From contig NIVC01003260.1 in the NCBI GenBank assembly GCA_002269645.1, positions 44,781-108,780 on the forward strand: 64,000 nucleotides of DNA. The letters are read 5' to 3'. The translations under genes were made by a program, and so were the position numbers. The notes under the pieces are model-generated. The model was not told the DNA's origin, ran no database searches, and saw nothing but the letters and a program-made list of their open reading frames with translations. Source of the DNA: Macrostomum lignano. Lineage: Eukaryota. Below, one piece after another: positions 20,161 through 31,691 of the stretch (its first letter is position 1; every line of letters starts with the position of its first letter).

Positions 20161-21022
20161 CAAATTGAATAAATAGCTAGTAAGCAGGGAAAACGTAATT
20201 TGCATAGATTAGCCGGTAATAAAATACGCATTGACATTAAATAATTATTTGTGTCCGCCACAGGTGCCGCAAGAGCCGGGCACACGTTTAGCACTGATAC
20301 GCATACGTTTAGCATTTCGGAATCGGTAGGTGCAATAAATTTGTAAGCGGAAATATAGAACTTTTAAAGAAACGCACTAAAAAAGAAAGTTTAGGGTTGT
20401 ACTTGACAATTACTTTAGACTTGTAAGGCATGCATATTGTAGTGATGCGTGTTGATCGAATTGATACAAAGACTAGGCAATAGAGTCTTTGTACAGCGAG
20501 TTGCGCAATGCTATGGATGAGAGCAATCGCCATACTTGGTAGAAGTGAGCAGAATGCCAAGATTCACGGCTCCGAAAATCAGCCACAGTGTGGTATGAGT
20601 TACTGCCGAATAATTAACTATTACAAAATATAAAACTGGCAATTTCTTTATTTCAATGACGCATTTCCCTCGGCCGAAGCCTGATTCTCAAGCTTGAAGA
20701 AGATTGATTTATATGAACGCATGTTAGTTGCAGAAATTACTTAATTCTGTTGAAGGCGCCGAAAGGAGAGGCAGGTAAAATACAAGCTATAATTAAAAGT
20801 TAGGGGCGTTTCACAATGCAAAACTGAGTATAGGCGACACGAAACATGGAAGCAGATTTACAGCCCCTGTACGCTCGTAAAGGATGGAACGAAAAACGAT
20901 TCATTAGTTGATGTTTTCTATAATTTTCGTTCCATCCTCATACTGATTTCTCAACTAGCTAGGGTAAAATCAGTAACAATTTTTTCAATATACGTTATAT
21001 CTTTAAAAAGTCTAAGACACTT

Positions 21023-21056
21023 TTAGGGTTAGGGTTAGGGTTAGGCTTAGGGTTAG
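21023..21056 (+). repeat. Short interstitial telomeric tract (TTAGGG)~5
   Basis: TTAGGGTTAGGGTTAGGGTTAGGCTTAGGGTTAG downstream of MTHFR. Confidence 0.9.
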
Positions 21057-21298
21057 ACGAACCCTTCTCTATGATCTCATTGGTTGGACAATTTGGAGCT
21101 CTTAACCAGCCAACTCACTCCCAACCCTTCCCCATTCTGCTAGCTGATTGGCTGCCCGATTCAGCCATTAGCCAACCACCTCAGTACCAACCCTTCCTCA
21201 TTCTATTCACTGATTGGATGGCTAAAAATAAAAAGTTCAAAATCATTCCAGTCCCGATGTGTGGAGCATCAGCTGCTTGGAAATCAGCAGCCCGCAGC

Positions 21299-24086
21299 TC
21301 AAACTAAGGCGCCCTGCTGCGACTGAGTGGTCAGGACTTGCTCCACCACCGACCAGAGGCAGTTCTCGGCCGGGAACTCGTTGTCCACCAGAGTGACCAG
21401 CAGGTAGTCTTCGGCGATGCCCTGGATGATCCGCCGGCTGTCGGAGCCCTCCGGGTACAGATTGGCCCACTCCTGCGTCCACAGGCCGAACGCTTCGTCC
21501 TTCCAGGCCATAAAGGCGCCATTATCGCACACGGTTGGCTGGATGATCTCCGAGGCGGGGAAGACGCCCCAGGTGAGCGCGATTGGTTCCTGCTGGCTGA
21601 AGTTCAGCCGGTTCACCGTGCCCTCCCGGTTCACAATCTGGTAGTTGACCCGGGGACTGAAGCGGTCCAGAACTTGCTGGAATGTTGCGGGGATGGCAGT
21701 TTATAAGAGAATGTCATATGGAGTAGGGTTCATCATTAATATTTTCACACAAATTGCACACCCTGAAGGCCCGAAGTGTCTTTCCACGCAATAAATAAAT
21801 ATTTCCTCCAACAAAGAGCCATTGGATCATACTAAGACAAATCTCGCTAGTAAAATAGTTTGTGTATGGGGCATTGGGCACTGCTGTAAATCAAGGCGAC
21901 AGTGGACTCTCAGCCAGCGAGAAGGATACGTTCTAATCGTCGGGCATGTACACTCTCTGCGCACTGAGGGTTGGCCCCAGGCCGATTTCCGTACATATAC
22001 AGCAAAAAATAATGTAATTAGCATTGAGCCAATTGGAATTTTAACTCACCTCAAGCGCGGCAAGAAACTGGCCGGGCAGGAAGAACTCCAGGTAGGCCTT
22101 CTGATAGACGTATCCGCCCGGTCCGCCCACCCGTAGGTTGAGTCTCCGCTAGGCAGGCCGTTGACATTCGGCTGCGAGTTGATGGTGAGCACGCCGCGGC
22201 TATTGAGCGCGACCAGCTGGTCGCGAATGGCGCGGCTCTCCTGCTGAAGCTCCTCGTCGCTCCAGGGCAGCCGAGTGACGCGGAAGCCATTGGCGTTGGG
22301 CTCACCGGATACAAAATTGACGAACACCCGCCAGACGTCTCTCTCGCTGGCCAGCTGTTCGCCCCACATGTTTAGCCGGTCCTTCTTGGTAGCGCGAACT
22401 GGTTTTATTGAGGTGTCAGACATTCAACTTTTCTTATTCGTGATTAGGGTCCTAGACACTCGATACAGGGCCAGAGTTTGTGTCTAAGTTCCTAGATACA
22501 GGATCGGAGCTTTGTCTAGGGTCCTAGATCCAGGGTCGGAGCTTGTGTCTAGGGTCCTAGATCCAGGGTCGGAGCTTGTGTCTAGGGTAATATCAATAGA
22601 TCCAGGGTCGGAGCTTGTGTCTAGGGTAATATCAATAGATCCAGGGTCGGAGCTTGTGTCTAGGGTAATATCAATAGATCCAGGGTCGGAGCTTGTGTCT
22701 AGGGTAATACGAGTATCAATAGATCCAGGGTCGGAGCTTGTGTCTAGGGTCCTAGATTCAGGGTCGGAGCTTGTGTCTAGGGTCCTAATTCCAGAGTCAG
22801 AGCTCCAAGTTACAAGCCAAGACGCAAAGGCTGCGAGTCCGACACACGCCGACTCACCGGTAAGATAGAACAGGTAATAGTCCTTGAGCTCGCCAAAAGC
22901 AGGCGCATCTGGCCGCCCCAGCGACCATTAGGAAATTCTTCCCAATGCAGAGTCCTGTGCACGTAGCTGGTTGGCCGGTTGGACCAGAAAACCGGCCGGA
23001 CGAGTTCGCCGCACCGCTCGTGATTCGCCGAGTGTTTCCATGGCAACGGCCTGGGCAGGTCCTCGTGCCAAAGACCGATATTGCGCAAAATTTCAATTGT
23101 GGCCACTTCGCGGTTAAGCGTGTAAAAGTGAATACCTGCAAAGGTGAGTGGTAATTGAATAATCAGTTTGAGCTCTTGTAGTTGTACTAGCTCAGGAGTC
23201 GGCAAACTCCGGCCCGCTCAAGGTTTGTGTCTCTTCTCCAAGGTTTTGACTTGAGCATTTCGTATTTTCGATGGACTTTACTAACGGTAGAAGTATCAGA
23301 AAGTTTCAAGTAAGAAATGAATTAAGTAATAATTGAGATTCATACATGCGCAACCTCCAAAATTCGGTCGGCCATGCGACTTAGTTTTAACAAAAATGCG
23401 ACGTAGTTTTTGGCCAAAAATGCGACTTACACATCAAAAAACTCTAAAGCAAAATAAACGCAACTTTGGGTAAACGGCAGGAGTAACTATAACTGTCTTA
23501 TTAAGCCAAAATGCCTCGTCAGCTACTTAGTACTACTACTTAGGTAAATTTTTGGGTGGGTATTTTTGCGACTTCCTTGGTTGGCCGCCAAATCGGTCGG
23601 CCGAATCGGCCGACTCGGCCGACTGTTGCGCATGTATGTTGAGATTCATCGTCTGCACAAATTGTATCCAAATGGAAGCAAATTCAAAATCAAAGACTGA
23701 CCGCCCGGAAGAAAAATGGGGCAGCCTCAGCAAACAATTTCATTCAGTTCCATTTAGCAGCTCACCGTGAACTTCGCCGCTCTCCAGAAGCTTCCGGCAG
23801 AGCTGCGTGCACTGGAAAATGCCGTAATTTCGAATAGCCTCGTCGTTCTCCTTGATCGGCTCGATCGTGCGGATGATCTCGTCAGGCACGGCCAGCTTGG
23901 ACAGCTTCACAATGTGGCGCAGCGACTGGTAGGCCTGGATTGGCAGCACGCCAGGAATGATTGGGCACCGGATTCCCAGCTGCCGGCAGTCGGATTGGAA
24001 CTTAAGAAAAGTGTCGGCTTCGAAGAAAAGCTGCGTTATGATGAAGTCGGCTCCAGCGTCCACCTGCCATGGTTAGATAGATAGAT

Positions 24087-24176
<90 letters not shown>

Positions 24177-24223
24177 ATAGATAGACAGATAGATAGACAG
24201 ATAGATAGATAGATAGATAGATG

Positions 24224-24297
<74 letters not shown>

Positions 24298-24339
24298 CAG
24301 ATAGACAGATAGATAGATAGATAGATAGATTGATAGATT

Positions 24340-24370
<31 letters not shown>

Positions 24371-24371
24371 G

Positions 24372-24445
<74 letters not shown>

Positions 24446-24479
24446 CAGATAGACAGATAGATAGATAGATTGATAGATT

Positions 24480-24510
<31 letters not shown>

Positions 24511-26119
24511 GGATACAAACAGGGAGATCAGAGTAACATGGGAGAGTATGAGAAACCGAAGAGATAGGAGACGCAAGAGAGCAAGACAAGTCAATAAAGC
24601 ACTTCAAGGCCATTCTGTCCTGTTTACCCCTTTCTGACCCTGAGCGCCTTAAAAAAGCTGTTATCTAATCAGGGCTGAAATGTCTAATAATAACCCACTA
24701 AGGGACACGCGGCTCCGATTGTCAGTCTGCCAAGAGCTTTTAAGTTGGAAACCCCCGCTGGTGGAGCCCCTCGCCTTGGGTATTCCCCGTTTCTCACACA
24801 GAGCGAGCGGGTGGAATTTTCCATTGCCGTTATGTCTTAACTTTTGTTTATGAGAGCTTTGACGAAGCATTAATTAACGAGACTTAGATCGTTTGATAGG
24901 CGCCGCTCCTGCTTCAGTGGGCGCCACTACTGTCCCCTGATGCTTCAGTGGGCGCCACTACTGTCCCCTGATGCTTCAGTGGGCGCCACTACTGTCCCCT
25001 GATGCTTCAGTGGGCGCCACTACTGTCCCCTGATGCTTCAGTGGGCGCCGCTACTGTCCCCTGATGCTTCAGTGGGCGCCGCTACTGTCCCCTGATGCTT
25101 CAGTGAGCGCCGCTACTGTCCCCTGATGCTTCAGTGGGCGCCACTACTGTCCCCTGATGCTTCAGTGGGCGCCACTACTGTCCCCTGATGCTTCAGTGGG
25201 CGCCACTACTGTCCCCTGATGCTTCAGTGGGCGCCACTACTGTCCCCTGATGCTTCAGTGGGCGCCGCTACTGTCCCCTGATGCTTCAGTGAGCGCCGCT
25301 ACTGTCCCCTGATGCCTCAGTGGGCGCCGCTATCAAACCCGATGCTTACACAAGTACTTCTTCCAGGGAAAAGCTTTTGACGAGATTGCGGGTTCTCACC
25401 TTCTCCTTGAGCCTGAGCAAGTCATCAGCATAGCTGGACGCCTCAGGATGTCCGGTCGGATAGCCGGCCACGCAGATGTTAAAGAAACTGCCGTAGCGCT
25501 TCCGGATAAAGCGAACCAAATCTACAGCGTACTTGAAGTCGCCAAGCAGGTCACCATTGCTGACGTCGCCGCTGCCTCCGGCTCCGTCCTCGGGCGCTTC
25601 GGGCAGGTCGCCGCGCAATGCCAGAATATTTTTCAGGCCGAGGCCTTTGGCCCTCTCCAGCGCAGCGGTCATTCGCTCCTCCGGCAAGCCAACGCAGGTC
25701 ACGTGTAGCATAGTGTCGATGCCGCTGTAGTTGAGCATGGCGGAGGCCACCATGATTGAAGAGGTCGGCGCATCACTCATCGGATTGCCGGCCGGATGCC
25801 AGGTGACGTCGCAGAACAGCGGGCGACCCTTGGCAAATCTGTCAAACTTGGACAGGAGGTTGACGGCTCCGCTAGCCGTTCGGGGCGGAAAGAATTCGCA
25901 AGAGAACCAGCGCTTGCCCTTCTCGATGCGTCGATTAATCCGGCTGATCAACGGCCGGTACTGGGCAATGGGCAGTACCGGCGAGTGTGGCCGGCTATCG
26001 TGGCAATCGTTCATTTCAGTTGCATTGCTGGCACTACTGGAACTGTCGCCGCTGGAGACGCGGCACAGAATTTTTGGAGCATCGGACTCATAGGCGTGAC
26101 CATTCTGTTGGGACTCCAT
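21299..26119 (-). CDS. MTHFR: Methylenetetrahydrofolate reductase; coding exons 26119-25400, 24063-23766, 23135-22858, 22398-22050, 21676-21299 (about 674 aa after correcting two 1-bp deletions)
   Basis: Catalytic motifs [60 protein letters not shown] and IIPGVLPIQ. Regulatory-domain motifs [51 protein letters not shown] and [19 protein letters not shown] phases are consistent except for 1-nt shortfalls in exons 3 and 4. Confidence 0.97.
22440..22800. repeat. 33/39-bp minisatellite (TAGATCCAGGGTCGGAGCTTGTGTCTAGGG...)n in MTHFR intron 3
   Basis: About 9 visible copies. Confidence 0.92.
23193..23240. mobile_element. Solo terminal fragment of a hAT-Charlie-like MITE
   Basis: CAGGAGTCGGCAAACTCCGGCCCGCTCAAGGTTTGTGTCTCTTCTC resembles the reverse complement of the right end of the 29862-30549 element. 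No partner TIR was found. Confidence 0.6.
23341..23638. mobile_element. Non-autonomous hAT-type MITE in MTHFR intron 2
   Basis: Perfect 14-bp TIR CATACATGCGCAAC...GTTGCGCATGTATG. 8-bp direct repeat TTGAGATT at 23333-23340 and 23639-23646. Confidence 0.9.
24074..24512. repeat. (GATA)n microsatellite in MTHFR intron 1
   Basis: Directly visible; it ends about 10 nt from the exon 2 acceptor. Confidence 0.98.
24897..25332. repeat. 31-bp minisatellite (GGGCGCCACTACTGTCCCCTGATGCTTCAGT)n in MTHFR intron 1
   Basis: About 14 nearly identical copies. Confidence 0.96.
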
Positions 26120-26141
26120 TGCGTCTGGCCCTCTAAGAGAC

Positions 26142-26374
26142 CTAAACAAGAAGCTGCGCTACTGACCCGAGTATTGCTTTAAGGATAACAAGGACAATTG
26201 GATCAGGGGGCGCGCTTACACAGACAGCTGGAAGGAGTGGGGTGGTTGTTGATCTAGGGTACGAGCGTGTGTGTGGATATAAAGCCCTCCCTATGCAAGC
26301 GAGATAGTGAAGAGGAGGCGAGAATAGCTGAGGCAGACGAGACCCTGACAGGGCAAAACCTGCCTTCTTTTATA
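26142..26374 (-). promoter_or_regulatory. Putative MTHFR core promoter and 5' UTR: TATAAAAG, non-coding exon, 78-nt UTR intron
   Basis: Minus-strand TATAAAAG at 26374-26367, donor |GTAAGC at 26219, and acceptor TTCTTGTTTAG| at 26142, 22 nt before the ATG. Confidence 0.55.
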
Positions 26375-29300
26375 GGCGCTGGAGCGGGCTGAGGGGGTTG
26401 GAGAGTTTGGAATTCCCCGACCTTGAACGTGAATCTCTGCCCCATCGGGCCGGCATTGGCCTGCGCTGGTTTGTGAGCTATTTTGTCCTTAAACTGAACT
26501 GTACACGGAGAGGACCTGGGGTTGCCCCCAAGCTAACACGCGTGTAGCGAGTGACGGAAACTCCAACAAGCAAAGGGCTTCCTCCGACCCCCAAACCAAA
26601 TGTACACTCTCAGCTTCGCTGTACATTAACCCGCACTGTACATTGAGGGTTGAAATAAAATTAAACAGACCGGAGACGAGCGGTTTTTTAATCTTACAGT
26701 TTAGGAAACACTAAATGAAGCGGTTTCGCCCCCATTTCCATGGTCTTGGGCGAGGCCACAAAATTGCCGGGTGTAAATTGCCAGCAGATTGCAGAAATAT
26801 TATTTACAATTACAACACTAGCGCCCATCTCTTTGTCACTGCAACTAAACTATGTACTCGACATGACACTAGAGCTCGACAAGTGTTGCTGGCTAATAGC
26901 TAGTCTAAAATTTGCCGATTATTATCAGCGGTAGAGACTGTGTTGAGACGCGAGTTCTCATAAAATTGAACAAAATCAAACTAATAAGCCGTCATTAAAT
27001 CGTAATTTAATAATTAAACTAATCAATAGTAATTAAACAGCCCGGAGAATTTCGCGGATTCAGTAACTTTTTATTTATCGACATTGATTATCGACAAAAC
27101 TAGCAGACTTACTAAATTGAGATAACTAATAATTAATTAGGCGATCGCGGCGAAAACAGAAGCGCAAACACACAGATCGAATATATTAGAAAACGGCGCA
27201 TCTTAGAGCGGGCGCATTGCCCAGCCCAGGAAAATTTGATTTGTTTAAACTAATAGAAACTTGGTTAGCGAACAAAGACAACTTTTGCAAGAATTGGGCG
27301 CGCTTTATAATAAAAATAGAAAACCAACGGTCTGGATTGGAAGTAAACGGGTTAGGCAATTAATTAATAAACTGGGCCAGGCTTGTGCTTAAGCTTCTAC
27401 AGAAATCGAGAGAGAAACAAGCGAATAAATGTAACAAATTGTGCAACAGCCCATGAACTACTCAATTCTGCCATCTGCTCAAATAGACGATCGAATTTCC
27501 AGCTTTCAAAATAAAAAATAAATTAGCAAAGAAAAACCTCAACAGCGCTTTGCCCAGCGCGATGGCAAGGGATACTAGAGTATTTACAAAAAAAACGCTG
27601 TTTAAAAAGAGAAAATAAACACACACACATACTACTAATAAAACAGATAAGTAGCATAATTATAAAGGAAGTAAAAGCCCTAACTTATTAATTGGTTAAT
27701 GAGCCGCAGAAAACACACAATCAACAGGCAACGGAAAATTCTTTTTTAAAAACCGAGCACAGAAAAACTGAATTTGAAACAACCAGGTTGAAAGGTAAGC
27801 TGGAAAAGCAGCAAAGCTGACTGGCAGAAGAAGACAGCATTAACTTGCATACATACTCGTAAATTATTACTGTTAGTATTACACAAAGCAAAGGTCGGAG
27901 TGTAAGAGCACCCAGTAGAAATAGAGAAATTGCAGACCGCAGACGGCCTCTAACGCGCATGGTTACAGTATTATTGAAATAAATTGAATAAAGCGAGCCT
28001 AAGTATATTGGGAATGAAACGGATTACAGACGCAGTGAATTGCACTATTAGATATCCAATTCCAGGTCAAGTAACAAAAAGCATTTTTCGCTTCTAATTC
28101 CAACGCGATTCAAATGCAAAATAATTAAATATGTGCAGCATTTGATTTATCGAAGGCGTACACGCTACTGTGGTTAGTAATAAAATACGAATTTGATAAA
28201 AAATGAACACCAAAGCCTAAGATTTATTTAATAATTATAAAAATATCGAGCGTTAGGCACATTTATTAGTTTGGGACTTACTAGTTAGTTGAGACTATCA
28301 AAATTATTGACTATAGATAATTTAGACTTTAACAGGCGAGTTTAAACACACGGTTGCCACCCGGGACAGTTAGCTAGATGCTACAATAGACTCGGATATT
28401 TGGCTACCTGGCCGTGACTGGCATACTTTCCCTTATTATCTCTTTAATAGCGCCAACTAAATAACTCAATTCAAAGACCCGAAAGCTTCAGCAATCGATA
28501 TATTTAAAGAAAGGAAATGCTTCTGCTAATTTGTTGCATTCCAATGAATTTGCAAAGAGAAACGAGCTGGTTAACCACAGTGGCGCACTGCTGCTATTGA
28601 GTCTAGGCTAAACTGGCAAGGAGAAAGACTCATTTTTCAAAGGCAAAGGGCGCACAAGGGACTGTCACCGTCTCTCCCTGTTGACTTTGATATAATTTAT
28701 TCTAACTGTATACATATAGTTTATTCTGCTCAAGTGAGCACAGTCTGAGTGGCACACAGATTAAATTTTATACGGCGAGTAATAGCCAACAGTTAATAAC
28801 ATGTTGTGTAGTTAATGGCTGGACAAAAATAACAATAAGCAGAACGAGTACATGAAAGCGGCGGCAGTTATCTCATTTTTTTGGTTGACGATTACAACAA
28901 TACTAAATAAACAATTAATAATTCTTTCTCTCGAAATTTGTGCATCAAAACAATGATTACAGTAGTTATAATGAAAACAACAATAATAAGATTTTAACAG
29001 ACATACCTCGTAAATTAAAGAAATTAGCGCAATTACTATTAGTATAGGCAAAGTATAATTGAACAAACGTAAACAAACAAATTGGTGTGAACAATGTATG
29101 AAGTTTAACAAGTAGCGGATTGTCTGTCTATTGATAAGTTGAGTTTACAGAAATTTGAAACCCTATTTAGATGTTGTAAATAACAGCAAGCGGGCGTCCA
29201 ACTTCTAAATATGAATAATAGTATACGCCAATGTTGAGAAAATATCTTGACTATCAAGCACAACAAAATATCGGTAAAGTAGATCCCGCACTGACCGGGA

Positions 29301-29861
29301 TTGGTGCTAGCATTCGACCCACAGGCGACGTTGTGCAACAAATGTTATTATTATCAAGGTAACCTATTTGCAAAAAAAACAACAAAAAACTTTGTTAAAC
29401 AAAATAGAAACTTAGTTTGAACAAGTACGCCTTGCAAACAGAGGCCCCTGATTGGGGTAGGCAGTTAGCGGATAATGAAGGACGTCAAAACTCGAATGCG
29501 CAGACAAAATGATCTGGGGGGGGGGTGGGGAGAAAGCCTGAAGAAAATGGGACGATGAATAAATTAATTTAAACAAAAGCTGAACACGCATAAACAATGG
29601 ACTAAATTGGCTATAGCAAAGTGACAGCAAGGATTATCTTCAAATTCTATATATATATAATTCTCTTCCTGCGTACTTTTTAATAATATTATATATATTA
29701 TAATTATAAATGCACACCGAAGAATAACAGGTCGAAGAGGGGGGGGGGCAGACAATCTCGTCAATTCAAAGCTATCTAGTTTCAAATTTGCACTTTACCG
29801 GTTAGTAGTCTTCAGGAATTGATTAATACTCGATAAACTTTTTATGCAAATTAATATACGG

Positions 29862-30549
29862 CATGGGTCGGCGAACTTTTTTAACTTTTAAGGGCCAGAT
29901 AAAGAATCTGCGCATGACTTGGGGGCCAGAAAGAAGAGAAGAGGAAAGAAGACAGGGAACAGAGGAGAAGAGAGAAGAGTAGATCAGAGGGTAGATGAGA
30001 GAGGAGAGGAAAGAAGACAAGGAACAGAGGAGAAGAGAGAAGAGTAGATCAGAGGGTAGATGAGAGAGGAGAGGAAAGAAGACAAGGAACAGAGAAGAAG
30101 AGAGAAGAGTAGATCAGAGGGTAGATGAGAGAGGAGAGGAAAGAAGACAAGGAACAGAGAAGAAGAGAGAAGAGTAGATCAGAGGGTAGATGAGAGAGGA
30201 GAGGAAAGAAGACAAGGAACAGAGAAGAAGAGAGAAGAGTAGATCAGAGGGTAGATGAGAGAGGAGAGGAAAGAAGACAAGGAACAGAGAAGAAGAGAGA
30301 AGAGTAGATCAGAGGGTAGATGAGAGAGGAGAGGAAAGAAGACAAGGAACAGAGAAGAAGAGAGAAGAGTAGATCAGAGGGTAGATGAGAGAGGAGAGGA
30401 AAGAAGACAAGGAACAGAGAAGAAGAGAGAAGAGTAGATCAGAGGGTAGATGAGAGAGAAGAGAGAGGAGATAAGAGAGCTGAGAAGAGACAAACCTTGA
30501 GCGGGCCAAAGGACCCAAGGGCCGGATAGAGAGGCTTTGCCGACCCCTG
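29862..30549. mobile_element. Non-autonomous hAT-Charlie-like element containing a 65-bp tandem array
   Basis: TIRs CATGGGTCGGCGAAC and GCTTTGCCGACCCCTG. 8-bp TSD ATATACGG at 29854-29861 and 30550-30557. Internal purine-rich 65-bp unit about 8 times (29935-30470). Confidence 0.9.
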
Positions 30550-31691
30550 ATATACGGGATTGTCTGCCAACCCGGCAGGAAATACGGATTACAGATTACA
30601 ACAATTACAGACAGAAAAATCAAATTCTACAATCCAATTAGTTTCAGGGAATAGAAGGAACGCAAGCAACAGGTGTTGTTGGTAATAGTGAAGTTTTAGC
30701 ACGTACAGGAACTCAATTAGAGTCAATTTAGCGGACACAGGTGCAACACTAGATAAAAGTTAATTGTGCTGATAAATTTGCACAAATTGCTGACGGAAGA
30801 TATTTTTTAAAACAATAATTAATAATAATAGGCATCAAATAAAGTATCGGAGAAGAACTGTGGGCGCAAGAAGAGGCAAAAAAGTAGAACAATTACATAA
30901 ATATGAGTGACTTTGTCTTTGCCAAGGTGAGCAGCACAGCAGTGCAAGGACAATCCAGACTCAAGCGAGTCCGCCCAATAATAGTGGAATCAAAGGAGTT
31001 GAGTAACAGACGTAACAAACAATTGATAAATAAAGTAGGGAGGGTGAAGTATTCTAGGTGAACTTCTGACTGATTAAAATATGATTCATTCGACACAAAT
31101 AAATAAAATAGTGTTTTATAATAAAGTTTCTTATCACACCTCCACAGGCTGACGTACATTACCAACTTTTTCCAAAGTCTTCAGAAATTGCCGAAAGCGC
31201 ACAAAAACGGAGTATAAAATAACAAAACCAAAAGCCGCATTGGGGCAAAAAATACAAACTTCTAAATAAATAAGCGCCGTACAAGTTAATAAAGAAGCGC
31301 AACTGACCATCGTTCCGTGGGTTTTAACATGCTAAAATCTAAGCGCAGAAAACACACAAACCTACACGCTAGTGCAATCTTTTTATAAACGTATCGTTTT
31401 TCACTATTAAGGCATAATGGAGCAGCGGGTTAACAATTAAACTGGGCGGCGCATTTGAAACAAAAAATAAGACGCGCCAAAACAATTTATACATACGCAT
31501 ACGGCGCGCACAACCCACGCAGGCACCAATGATTTCTTTTTGATTTGTTTCTTTAGAACTTGTTTTAAATCGAAATTAAAATAACACAAACTTATAGACG
31601 GAAGATTTAAACAAAAACTTTTATAATTTATCTAAGCTTAAGACTCTTTCTCTAGCCGGGCAGATCGAACTATGCTGGCTACCCAGGCTAT

